Below, piece after piece: positions 1-8,115 of a DNA stretch of 38,498 bases. Position 1 is the first letter of the stretch, and every line of letters begins with the position of its first letter. Under the pieces are notes generated by a model. It was not told the origin of the DNA. It searched no databases and saw only the letters and a program-made list of their open reading frames with translations. The DNA is from Terriglobales bacterium (GTDB lineage Bacteria > Acidobacteriota > Terriglobia > Terriglobales > SCQP01), in the NCBI GenBank assembly GCA_050745525.1, contig JBOGKL010000441.1:1-38498 (forward strand), in the 5' to 3' direction. A program made the position numbers and the translations under genes.

Positions 1-435
1 GGGTCAGCCCCGCAGCGGACACACTTCGCGCCGCGCTGTCCAGCGCACACGCGCGACTACTCAAGTTAATCGTGGCGCCTTTTATCGCGCATCGCTGATT
101 TTCAGGCCGTCGGTAAGTCGCCGTCGGCACGGCTCTTGATGGTGCTATTGGGGTTCGGAGCATGCTGGCGGGCAGCACGGCTTAGGTTCGGCCGTCTGAG
201 ATCAGCGGCGGTGTGGCGCTTGAAGAAGGGCCTCGGTGCGGGCGCGCACTTCGGAAGAGCCCGCGCCAGCCTGCCTCGCACCGTGAAAGAGCAGCAACAG
301 GAGGCGGCGCGGCAATCGCAGGGTGATTCAGCCAACTGGGGTATTCTGAAACCAGCTCGGAGCTTGCGTTCGTGCTCGAGAATCCCGCGATTTATGCAGT
401 TTTTAGTGCGGCGCCGGGTCTGGGCAATTAGATTA

Positions 436-460
436 CGACAGCCGCATCTTCGGCTAGTCG
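436..460 (-). terminator. Candidate intrinsic terminator after the 3125..513 operon
   Basis: On the minus strand CGAC-T-AGCCG / AAGATG / CGGCT-GTCG forms a 9-bp stem (one bulge, 6-nt loop) about 50 nt after the stop at 513. It is followed by an A/U-rich tail (UAAUCUAAUU). Folded by eye only. Confidence 0.35.
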
Positions 461-512
461 GCAAGTCCATCAAGACCGGCGACACCACGATCGGCGACGA
501 ATAGATGTCGTC

Positions 513-1814
513 CTACGGCCTCTTGCGCTCGGCAAAGTACTGCCACTTACTGACCCCGGCGGGCACAGCCACCTTGAAAAAGCCCACCATCATCTCGTCA
601 CTCGTCTGATCGCCCCAATACACCGCCGCCTCGGGGTCGGGGTTATGCGGGTTGTCGGCGGAGTTGTCGTACCACGCCACGGCCTGAAGCTTGGTCCCGG
701 CCGGCAGCGCCAGCGGATGGGCAAGTATGTAGCTGCGCTCCCAGTAGAAATCGTAGTTGACCTTCAGCAGCGGCCTCACCCGCCCCTCTCGCCCCACCAG
801 GTCATATTCGAACCGCTTGCCCCTCAGGTGCATGTGCGGGAAAAAGCTCAGCAGCGTAGCCGGCCCGGGCAGTGTTCCCCAGGCCTCGACGCGAAAATTC
901 TTCACCCCGGGCGGGATCACGAAATGATCGTTCGTCAACTGCAGCGTCAGCACCCGCTGCTTTGGCGGACGCCGGTTGAACACCAGCCCAACGCTGGTTT
1001 GATCCCGCGCCGGCTTGCCATTCGTGGTGTAGTGCATCTGAAACACCAAGTCGGAGCCGGCCGGAATGTATTCGCCCATTTGCGGCCCGTACCGGGCCGG
1101 TGCGCTCCCTGGTGCGTAGACGAGCAGAATTTCACTGTTGGTCCACAACGCCGCCGAGGTGGCTGCGTGACCAAGCAGCGAGCTGGCGGTAAAGGGTTTG
1201 CCCACCGGCGCATGGCGCAACCATGACGAACCAGGCGGGCGCACGTAGACCACCGCGTGATGCACGTGCGCGCGCGCTGTGGGACGAACTTCCGCCATCT
1301 GCACCCAATGCGCGTGCCGAAAGCCGGTGGGTACGATCTCATACGTGTACTCGACTTGGCCATGAGCGGGGATCGCGACCGGAACCGGCATGCGGAACAC
1401 ACGCGCGGGCTTGGGGATGTTCCATCCCGCAGTCCACTGCCGCGCCGCTGGCGCCTGCCGCAGGTCGCCCGCCGGCGCTCCCGCGGCGGCCCACGCCGCC
1501 AGCGTTTGCATTTGCTGCGCCGTAAGCGATGGGTCATTGGCCCAGTGCCCGATGCCGGGCACGGCGAACCACGGCGGCATCTGGCGCGCCGTGGTCTTCT
1601 GGGCCATGCGCCGGGCATACGGCTTCGCCTCGGCATACGTCTCGAGCGGCATTGGCCCGATCTCGCCCGGACGATGGCAAATCTGGCAGTGCTGCTGCAG
1701 AATCGGCAGCACATTGCGATAAAACGTTGGCCCCGGCCGTGGTGCTTGTGCTCGTGCGGCTATGCCCAGCAGCGGAATGAGAACCAGCAGAACAACTGAA
1801 CGCACCCGCCCCAT
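513..1814 (-). CDS. Secreted fusion of a PSCyt1-type cytochrome c domain and a PHM/DBH-like copper type II monooxygenase domain
   Basis: 433-aa ORF with a signal peptide (VVLLVLIPLLGIAARAQA). Heme-c motif CQICH (C43-H47) sits in the context FYRNVLPILQQHCQICH. H185-H186, H261, H327-x-H329 and M408/M409 have spacing like the CuH (H107/H108/H172) and CuM (H242/H244/M314) ligands of peptidylglycine alpha-hydroxylating monooxygenase. Overlapping ORFs in other frames are Arg/Pro-rich junk. Confidence 0.7.
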   Translation of the reverse strand: MGRVRSVVLLVLIPLLGIAARAQAPRPGPTFYRNVLPILQQHCQICHRPGEIGPMPLETYAEAKPYARRMAQKTTARQMPPWFAVPGIGHWANDPSLTAQQMQTLAAWAAAGAPAGDLRQAPAARQWTAGWNIPKPARVFRMPVPVAIPAHGQVEYTYEIVPTGFRHAHWVQMAEVRPTARAHVHHAVVYVRPPGSSWLRHAPVGKPFTASSLLGHAATSAALWTNSEILLVYAPGSAPARYGPQMGEYIPAGSDLVFQMHYTTNGKPARDQTSVGLVFNRRPPKQRVLTLQLTNDHFVIPPGVKNFRVEAWGTLPGPATLLSFFPHMHLRGKRFEYDLVGREGRVRPLLKVNYDFYWERSYILAHPLALPAGTKLQAVAWYDNSADNPHNPDPEAAVYWGDQTSDEMMVGFFKVAVPAGVSKWQYFAERKRP

Positions 1815-1820
1815 GCCGGC

Positions 1821-3125
1821 TTACTGTACGGAGCCAGGCTTAGGCAGTTCCAGTGGCTGATCCAGCCGCACGGTGATTGCCTCGCCCTCGCGCAGCGTGA
1901 TGTCCTTCTTGTGCGATATCAGCACTCCCGCCGTGCCTACCGCGGCCCCGGCGATGGCGCCCCGCGCCAGCCCGCCGTAGCCCCCGAAAATGCCGCCCAG
2001 CACGGCGCCGATGGCCGCCCCCGTGCCCGCCTTTTTCGCCTCGCCCGACCCTTGTCCATTCACCGTGCCTTCGTTGCTGTTCACTGACTGCTGGCTGTTG
2101 CCGACGCCCGCCGTCGTCCCATTGAGCGGGATCGGGGCCGAGCCCGGAACCAGCAGCGTGTTGTACTGCAACAATATTTGCGCATGCCCGCTGAGCTTGC
2201 CCCCGCGCTCGACTTTTTGTACGATTCCGGAAATAGTTGACCCCGCCGGTATCGCCGCGATCGCCCCCGCCCAAACCGGGACCGTCGTCGTCAACGTGAA
2301 GGCCTCCCCGGCGTAGGCGTTCTTGGTATCAATCTGCCGGTTCAGCCGCGTCTCAATCTGGGTGCCTTGTGCCACCAGGATTCCGTTGTCATACACGCCG
2401 CTGGGTCGCCGGGCCGCTTCGGCCGCGCTGAGCGGCAGGTCGTTGGGTCCCGTTGCGGCCGCCGCGCTCGAGGTGGTTCGCGCGCCGAGCGCGGAGTTAT
2501 ACAGGCGGTGGTTGTACCCATCGTCGTAGCCGCGGCTGAATCCACGCCGGAAGGCGTCCTGATAGCTGGCGCTATCGCCGAGCGACGGGTTATATCCGAC
2601 CTGCGCCTGCTGGTACTCGCGGCTGGCGGTGGCGTTGTACACGGCGCTGGAATTGGCGTCGGATTGGCCGATGTTATATCCCTCGCGATACCCGTTCGCC
2701 ACCGCCGCTCCCGGCGTCGGCGCGATGTCGGGCGCGGAGTCCGATGCGGCCTCCGGCGCCGGCGTATCCGCCGCAGCCGGTGGTGCCAGCAAGGCGCGCT
2801 TGCGCCCGGAGTAGCCGTCGAAGTAGCCGTCGGAAAACCCGTTTTGGAACCGGGTGCGGTAGGTCGCCTGCGACCCATACTCGGCGGTGTAGCCCTGCAT
2901 GCCGTCCTGATAGACGCTGTACTTGCGCGCGTCAGCGCCCTCACCCGCCGTCTTGTCCTGCACCCCAAGGCTATAAGCGGCGTTGTAGCCGGCCGCATAG
3001 GCTGGGTCAATGGCATCATTGGGCTGCGCGGCGGCCTGCGTGCCCTGACTCAGCGCCGGGCTCGCCCCGATGCACAGCCCCAGCACCAGCAGCGGCAGCA
3101 GCACCCGCAAGTTTCGCTGCACCAC
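1821..3125 (-). CDS. Secreted protein with a duplicated Tyr/Gly-rich module, a beta-rich core and a C-terminal glycine zipper
   Basis: 434-aa ORF with a signal peptide (LLPLLVLGLCIGASPALSQG). Two ~70-aa modules each end in F..GFS.GY.DGY. The C-terminus GAAIGAVLGGIFGGYGGLARGAIAGAAVGTAGVL is a glycine-zipper-like segment. The stop lies 6 nt upstream of the next gene's start, so the two are likely an operon. Confidence 0.7.
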   Translation of the reverse strand: MVQRNLRVLLPLLVLGLCIGASPALSQGTQAAAQPNDAIDPAYAAGYNAAYSLGVQDKTAGEGADARKYSVYQDGMQGYTAEYGSQATYRTRFQNGFSDGYFDGYSGRKRALLAPPAAADTPAPEAASDSAPDIAPTPGAAVANGYREGYNIGQSDANSSAVYNATASREYQQAQVGYNPSLGDSASYQDAFRRGFSRGYDDGYNHRLYNSALGARTTSSAAAATGPNDLPLSAAEAARRPSGVYDNGILVAQGTQIETRLNRQIDTKNAYAGEAFTLTTTVPVWAGAIAAIPAGSTISGIVQKVERGGKLSGHAQILLQYNTLLVPGSAPIPLNGTTAGVGNSQQSVNSNEGTVNGQGSGEAKKAGTGAAIGAVLGGIFGGYGGLARGAIAGAAVGTAGVLISHKKDITLREGEAITVRLDQPLELPKPGSVQ

Positions 3126-3219
3126 GTGAGTTCCTCCTTAATGCTTGGACGCTCCCAACCCGGCGCCGGTTTCCGGCCACCCCGGGCATTCCGCGGCACT
3201 CCACCCCATAATCGAAGCT

Positions 3220-4110
3220 GTGAATTATCTTAGGCCTTCCCGGTCGTGGCGCTGCGGCCCTCGTATCTACCCGCTCGGCGCCCGTACCTGGATCATGGCC
3301 ATCCTCAATCTCACCCCTGACTCGTTCTACGCCGCCAGCCGTTCCGAGCCCGGCGATCTCGCCGCCGTGGCTGCGCGCGCGCAAGCGGCCGTGGCCGCCG
3401 GCGCCGATGTGCTCGATCTGGGCGCCGAATCCACGCGCCCCGGTTCGACGCCGCTCGACCCGGCCGAGGAACTCCGCCGCCTGCTGCCCGCCTTGGCCGC
3501 CGTGCGGCGCGCGCTGCCCGACACGCTGATTTCCGCCGATACCCGCCACGCCCTCGTCGCGCGCGCCGCGCTCGAGGCCGGCGCCGATCTCATCAATGAC
3601 GTCACGGCGGGCGCCGATCCTGCCATGCTGCCCCTGCTCTCCGCCTCCTCGTGCGGCCTGGTCCTGATGCATGCGCGCGGCGAGTTTCGCTCCATGCCGA
3701 AGCTGCCGCCCTTGCCCGACCCGCTGGAAGAAGTCGAGCGCGGCCTGGCCGCCATCCTCGACCGCGCCGCGCAAGCCGGCATCGCACCCGAACGCATCCT
3801 GCTCGACCCGGGCTTCGGGTTCGGCAAAAACATGGATGAAAATTTCCCCCTGCTGGCCGGCCTCGACCGCCTGCACGCGCTGGGGTGCCCGTTGCTGGCG
3901 GGCTTGTCGCGCAAATCCTTCCTGCGCTCGGCGCCCGGGCAAGACCCCGGCGAGCGCTTGCCCGCCAGCCTCGCCGCCCTCACCGCCGCCGTGCTCGCCG
4001 GCGCGCATATGCTGCGCGTGCACGATCCCGGCGCTACGGTGCAGGCCCTCCGCGTCTGCGATAAATTGCTTGCGTCGTGCCAGCCCGCTTGCGGGGACGT
4101 TGTAAAATAG
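3220..4110 (+). CDS. folP: Dihydropteroate synthase
   Basis: Motifs IMAILNLTPDSFY, GADVLDLGAESTRPG, DPGFGFGK and SRKSF are typical of pterin-binding DHPS. The conserved N-terminal pattern WRCGPRIYPLGARTWIM lies upstream of the first ATG (3295). I therefore prefer the in-frame GTG at 3220; TTG at 3145 is an alternative. Confidence 0.9.
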   Translation: MNYLRPSRSWRCGPRIYPLGARTWIMAILNLTPDSFYAASRSEPGDLAAVAARAQAAVAAGADVLDLGAESTRPGSTPLDPAEELRRLLPALAAVRRALPDTLISADTRHALVARAALEAGADLINDVTAGADPAMLPLLSASSCGLVLMHARGEFRSMPKLPPLPDPLEEVERGLAAILDRAAQAGIAPERILLDPGFGFGKNMDENFPLLAGLDRLHALGCPLLAGLSRKSFLRSAPGQDPGERLPASLAALTAAVLAGAHMLRVHDPGATVQALRVCDKLLASCQPACGDVVK

Positions 4111-4140
4111 GCCCCAGCCTATCCTCAGGACCCGCCGCTC

Positions 4141-5814
4141 ATGCCGGATTCCGTTACCCCACCCGTCCCGTCCCCTTTCGCCGCGCCCGCCGAGGAAGCT
4201 TCCTTTGCTCAATTGCTGGCGCAGTTTGACGGGGAAACCGAAACCGCCGGCCCCGCTATCGGCGAGCGCCGCACCGGCCACATCGTCAACCTGCGCCAGG
4301 ACGAGGCGCTGGTGGACATCGGCGCCAAGGCCGAGGGCGTGCTGCCGCTTGCCCTCTGGCGCGAACAGGGTCCCGGCGGCGAACTCACCCCAGGCGAAGC
4401 CCTCGAAGTCGTGGTGGAAGGGCGCGATCCCGAAGGCAGCTTCCGGCTCAGCCCCTATAGTCCCGACCGCCCGCGCTCCGTCGAAGACGCCCAGGTGGCC
4501 TTCGCCGAGGGCCGCGTGTTGCGCGGCAAAGTGACCGGCGTCGTCAAGGGCGGTCTGACCGTGGATGTCGGCCTGCCCGGTTTCATCCCCCAATCCAAAA
4601 GCGGCGTGCGCGATCCCGCCGAACTCCACAAGCTCGTCGGCCAGGAAGTGTTCTGCCGCCTGGTGCAGCGCCCGGAGGAAAAACGGCTGCTGCTCGACCG
4701 CCGCACCCTGCTCGAAGAGCAGCACCGCGCCGAGCAGCACCAGACCCTCGAGCGCCTGCACGAGGGCGACGAGGTCCCCGGCACCGTCCGCAGCCTCGCC
4801 ACCTACGGCGCCTTCGTGGATGTGGGCGGCCTGGACGCGCTGCTGCATGTCTCCGACCTGAGCTGGTCGCGGCTGGACGAAGCCAAACAGGTCCTCGCCC
4901 TGGGCCAGACCCTCACCGTAAAAGTGCTCAAGATTGACCGCGAGAAGCGCCGCCTCTCCGTGGGCCTCAAGCAGTTGACCCCGGACCCCTGGGCCGGCGT
5001 CCCCGAGCGTTATCCCGAGGGTACGCGCGTGCGCGGCGTCGTCAAGCGCACCACCGATTTCGGCGCCTTCGTCGAGCTCGAGCCCGGCGTCGAGGGCCTC
5101 GTGCACATCAGCGAAATGTCCTGGGCGCGCCGCGTGCGCAAAGCCAGCGATGTGGTCCAGGCCGGCGAAGCCGTCGAAACCGTCGTGCTCGGCGTCAACC
5201 GCAAGGATCGCCGCATCAGCCTCGGCCTCAAGCAGACCCTGGGCGACCCCTGGGCCGATGCCGAATCCCGCTACCGCCCCGGTACGGTCGTCGAGGGCAA
5301 GGTGCGCAACCTGCAGCAGTTCGGCGCGTTTCTCGAAATTGCCGAGGGCGTGGATGGCATGGTCCATATCAGCGACATCAGCAACGAGCGCCTTCAGCAC
5401 CCCAACACCGTGCTCAAGCTGGGCGATGTCGTGCGCGCCCAGGTGCTCGAACTCGACCTCAAGCAGCGCCGCCTCCGCCTCGGCATGCGGCAGTTGATCC
5501 CGACGCCGTTTGAGGAGTTCCTGCAGGCCCACGCCGTGGGCGAGGAGCTGAGCGCCCGCGTGGTCAAGGCCTATCCCGGCCGCGTCCAACTTGACGAGGG
5601 CATCGAGGCCGCCTGCCCCTCCGCCGCCCCGCCCGTGCGCGTGATCGAGGAAGGCTCGCTCGCGGCCAAGTTGGCCGCGGTCTGGAAACCCGCCGCCCCC
5701 GCCGCCAAACCCGCCGCCCCTGCCGGCGTCGCCCTGCGCAGCGGGGAAGTGCGCCGCTTCCGCCTCATCCGCCTCGACGCCGAGCAGCACAAAATCGAAG
5801 TCGAGCCGGTCTAA
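4141..5814 (+). CDS. rpsA: 30S ribosomal protein S1
   Basis: 557 aa with at least five clear S1 OB-fold repeats (for example GTVRSLATYGAFVDVGGLDALLHVSDLSW, VRGVVKRTTDFGAFVELEPGVEGLVHISEMSW, VEGKVRNLQQFGAFLEIAEGVDGMVHISDIS). The C-terminal tail is Ala/Pro-rich. Confidence 0.95.
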   Translation: MPDSVTPPVPSPFAAPAEEASFAQLLAQFDGETETAGPAIGERRTGHIVNLRQDEALVDIGAKAEGVLPLALWREQGPGGELTPGEALEVVVEGRDPEGSFRLSPYSPDRPRSVEDAQVAFAEGRVLRGKVTGVVKGGLTVDVGLPGFIPQSKSGVRDPAELHKLVGQEVFCRLVQRPEEKRLLLDRRTLLEEQHRAEQHQTLERLHEGDEVPGTVRSLATYGAFVDVGGLDALLHVSDLSWSRLDEAKQVLALGQTLTVKVLKIDREKRRLSVGLKQLTPDPWAGVPERYPEGTRVRGVVKRTTDFGAFVELEPGVEGLVHISEMSWARRVRKASDVVQAGEAVETVVLGVNRKDRRISLGLKQTLGDPWADAESRYRPGTVVEGKVRNLQQFGAFLEIAEGVDGMVHISDISNERLQHPNTVLKLGDVVRAQVLELDLKQRRLRLGMRQLIPTPFEEFLQAHAVGEELSARVVKAYPGRVQLDEGIEAACPSAAPPVRVIEEGSLAAKLAAVWKPAAPAAKPAAPAGVALRSGEVRRFRLIRLDAEQHKIEVEPV

Positions 5815-5829
5815 GGCCCAAGGAAGAGC

Positions 5830-6504
5830 CTAATTCGGTATCGCCAGGCCGGGCATTTCCAACCGTTGGCGGTAGATCACGTTCTGACTCACCGCCGCCA
5901 CCGCGTCCACTTCGACCGTGTACGTGCCCGGCGGCAAAAACACGCTGAACGGCAGCTCGCCGGTGGCCTGCTTCTCGTGCAGTTGCTTGTGGAAATAGCG
6001 CAGCGAGAAAGCCTTGCCCACCTGATTCACCGCTACCGCCATTACCGTGAGCTCCACCGTCTGCCCGCTTTGGTTCTGCACCTCGACCGACCCGGTGATG
6101 TTCTGCCCGCTCACCTGCGGCTTCTGCTTCCAGCTCATGGCGAGCGGCGCGGCGTTACCCGAGGGCAGCAAGCGCGTTTCCACCAGCGGCGGCGTCGCCG
6201 CGTCGCGAATCTCCACCAGCACGGCAAAGGACGCGTCGCTGCCGGCGACCCCGGTGATGGCCCCCGTCGCCTCATCCAGCTCGACGCCTTCCGGCAGCTG
6301 GCCGCTCACGATGCTCCAGCTATAGGGCGGCTCCCCTCCCACCGCTTGCAGTTGCGCACGATAGGGAACCCCCGCCTGCGGCTCGGGCAAATACGTGGTC
6401 ATGATCTGAAACGCGACGGTTTGCTGCGACGCCTGCACGGGCGGTGCTGCCACGGCCAATGCCGCCAGCGCCATCCAAATCAGCGCTTTACGCCAGTTCC
6501 GCAA
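5830..6504 (-). CDS. Secreted protein with a bacterial Ig-like (He_PIG / cadherin-like) domain
   Basis: 224 aa with a signal peptide (LIWMALAALAVAAPPVQA). The motif GGEPPYSWSIVSGQLPEGVELDEATGAITG is typical of the 'putative Ig' domain. Its start overlaps the stop of the upstream flavoprotein gene by 17 nt. Confidence 0.7.
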   Translation of the reverse strand: MRNWRKALIWMALAALAVAAPPVQASQQTVAFQIMTTYLPEPQAGVPYRAQLQAVGGEPPYSWSIVSGQLPEGVELDEATGAITGVAGSDASFAVLVEIRDAATPPLVETRLLPSGNAAPLAMSWKQKPQVSGQNITGSVEVQNQSGQTVELTVMAVAVNQVGKAFSLRYFHKQLHEKQATGELPFSVFLPPGTYTVEVDAVAAVSQNVIYRQRLEMPGLAIPN

Positions 6505-7924
6505 TCGCCCTCCGCGCCGCTTGCGCGCCGCACAGACCGTGGACGCCCCCTCCCGGCGGCGTCGAAGCCGAGCACAGGTACACCCCCGGCAGCGGCGTCC
6601 CGTAGCCCCGGCGCGTCGGCCGGAACAGCAGTTGTGCCAAATCGTTGCGTCCGCCGCCCACGTCCCCTCCCGTCAGGTTGGCATTGTGCCGCTCCATCTC
6701 TGCCGGCAGCCGGATGCTGCGCGCCATCACCAGCCCGCCGAATCCCGGTGCGAATCGCTCCACTTGTGCTTCGATGCGCGCCGCCATTTCCGCGCCCCCG
6801 TCCCCCGGCGCGTACGCGTTGGGCACATGGCAGTAGGCCCACGCTGTGTGCTGCCCGGCGGGTGCTCGCGCCGGATCAAACAGGCTGGGCTGGCTTAGCA
6901 GCACGAACGGCTGCTCGGAATCCTGCGGCCGGTAGCGCGCGCACGACCGCCCCTCCGACGCGGCTATTTCCTGTAGCGTGCCACCCAGGTGCATCGTTCC
7001 TGCCGCGACGCACTCCGCCGCCGTCCACGGTATCGGCGCCTTCAGCGCCCAGTCCAGCTTCACCACCCCCGGCCCCATCCGGAATTGCATCAGCTTCTTC
7101 GCGTACGAGCGTGGCAAGCGCGTCCCAGCCAGCGCACACAGAGCTCGCGGAGTCACATCGCAAAAAACCGCGTCTGCATGGGGAAGGTCCGCCAGTGCCT
7201 GAATTTTGCGTCCACTCTCGATCTCGCCCCCGAGCGACCGCAAGTAGCCCGCTAGCGCGTCAGTGATCGCCTGCGAACCCCCGCCCGCGATCGGCCAGCC
7301 GCCCCGGTGAGCCGCTGCTCCCAAAATCAGTCCAAGGCTGGCGCTGCCCCGTTCTTCGAGCGGCAGCGCCGAATGCGCCGCCAGGCCGGCAAACAGCGCT
7401 CGCGCCGGCGAAGTCGTCAGGATGTTCTCCGCTAACTCTCGCGCCGGGCGCGCCGCCCGCAACCCGAAGCGCAGCATCGGCATCGGGTGCTGGGGCCAGT
7501 GCAGCGGACGAAATCCATCGGCCTCAATGGAAGGCCAATCCTTCACCACCGGAGCGATCAGACGCCGGTAATTCTCTTCATCCTCTCCCAACCGCTGGGC
7601 CGTGTTTTCCCCGTTGCGCTCGACCACTACCGCGGTTCCATCGTCGAGCGGATGCGCCAGCGCAATCGGCGCATGGATCCATTGCAAGCCGAACTCTTCG
7701 AGAGGCAGGCTGCGGAAAAACGCCGTCGAGGCCGCCATCGGATGCACGGCCGAGCACACGTCGTGCCGGAAGCCGGGCAAGGTTAGCTCTTTTGTCCGCG
7801 CTCCCCCGCCGATCTCCTCCTCGGCCTCGAACACCTTCACCGTCCCGCCCGCCTGCGCCCACACGATAGCAGCCGCCAGCCCGTTCGGACCGGACCCTAT
7901 GACGATGGCGCGACGCCCGTTCAT
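6488..7924 (-). CDS. FAD/NAD(P)-dependent oxidoreductase, phytoene desaturase (CrtI)-like family
   Basis: Dinucleotide-binding motif AIVIGSGPNGLAAA...FEAEEEIGGG near the N-terminus. The C-terminal LCSASTPPGGGVHG motif is typical of this fold. ATG at 7924 is preferred over the TTG at 7960 used by the ORF track. Confidence 0.8.
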   Translation of the reverse strand: MNGRRAIVIGSGPNGLAAAIVWAQAGGTVKVFEAEEEIGGGARTKELTLPGFRHDVCSAVHPMAASTAFFRSLPLEEFGLQWIHAPIALAHPLDDGTAVVVERNGENTAQRLGEDEENYRRLIAPVVKDWPSIEADGFRPLHWPQHPMPMLRFGLRAARPARELAENILTTSPARALFAGLAAHSALPLEERGSASLGLILGAAAHRGGWPIAGGGSQAITDALAGYLRSLGGEIESGRKIQALADLPHADAVFCDVTPRALCALAGTRLPRSYAKKLMQFRMGPGVVKLDWALKAPIPWTAAECVAAGTMHLGGTLQEIAASEGRSCARYRPQDSEQPFVLLSQPSLFDPARAPAGQHTAWAYCHVPNAYAPGDGGAEMAARIEAQVERFAPGFGGLVMARSIRLPAEMERHNANLTGGDVGGGRNDLAQLLFRPTRRGYGTPLPGVYLCSASTPPGGGVHGLCGAQAARRAIAELA

Positions 7925-7942
7925 AATCTGTGCATCCGCTGT

Positions 7943-7981
7943 GGATTTCCCGCCATCCAAGGCGCAGCGCTGCGGAAATCC
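7943..7981 (-). promoter_or_regulatory. Nested inverted repeats in the leader of the CrtI-like gene
   Basis: GGATTTCC (7943-7950) and GGAAATCC (7974-7981) are a perfect 8-bp inverted repeat. They enclose the 12-bp perfect palindrome CGCAGCGCTGCG (7963-7974), 19-57 nt upstream of ATG 7924. Confidence 0.35.
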
Positions 7982-8115
7982 TCAGCCTCGTGCACAACCG
8001 TCCTCTCCCGGAGACCGCCTTCCACAGCCTAGGCGTCCGCGTAAGTTCTTGGGCGAAAGTAGGTTAGCTGAGATTTCCGCAAAGTCTTCCTCTCTACGGC
8101 TGCTGCTTTTTATTC

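Noticed and set aside
102-504. ORFs 102..488 (minus) and 136..504 (plus) as genes
   Set aside because: They are mutually antisense and Arg/Cys-rich. Neither has a signal peptide, domain motif or credible ribosome-binding site. No support beyond being open frames.
1-512. RNase P RNA, tmRNA, tRNA or a TPP riboswitch in the unassigned left end
   Set aside because: There are short resemblances: CTGAGA at 195-200, GGCAAGTCC at 460-468, GCAACAGGAG at 292-301, and GGTTCGG T-loop-like strings. They occur in the wrong order or orientation relative to the conserved cores. The universal motifs (GAGGAAAGTCCGG, ACAGAAnCCGGCTTA, a tRNA-like 3' end with CCA context) are absent.
3016-5790. 924-aa ORF on the minus strand, the longest but one in the track
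   Set aside because: It is antisense to folP and rpsA, both of which have unmistakable family motifs. Its product is Gly/Ala/His/Arg-rich low-complexity sequence with no motif. Long stop-free antisense frames are expected in high-GC DNA.
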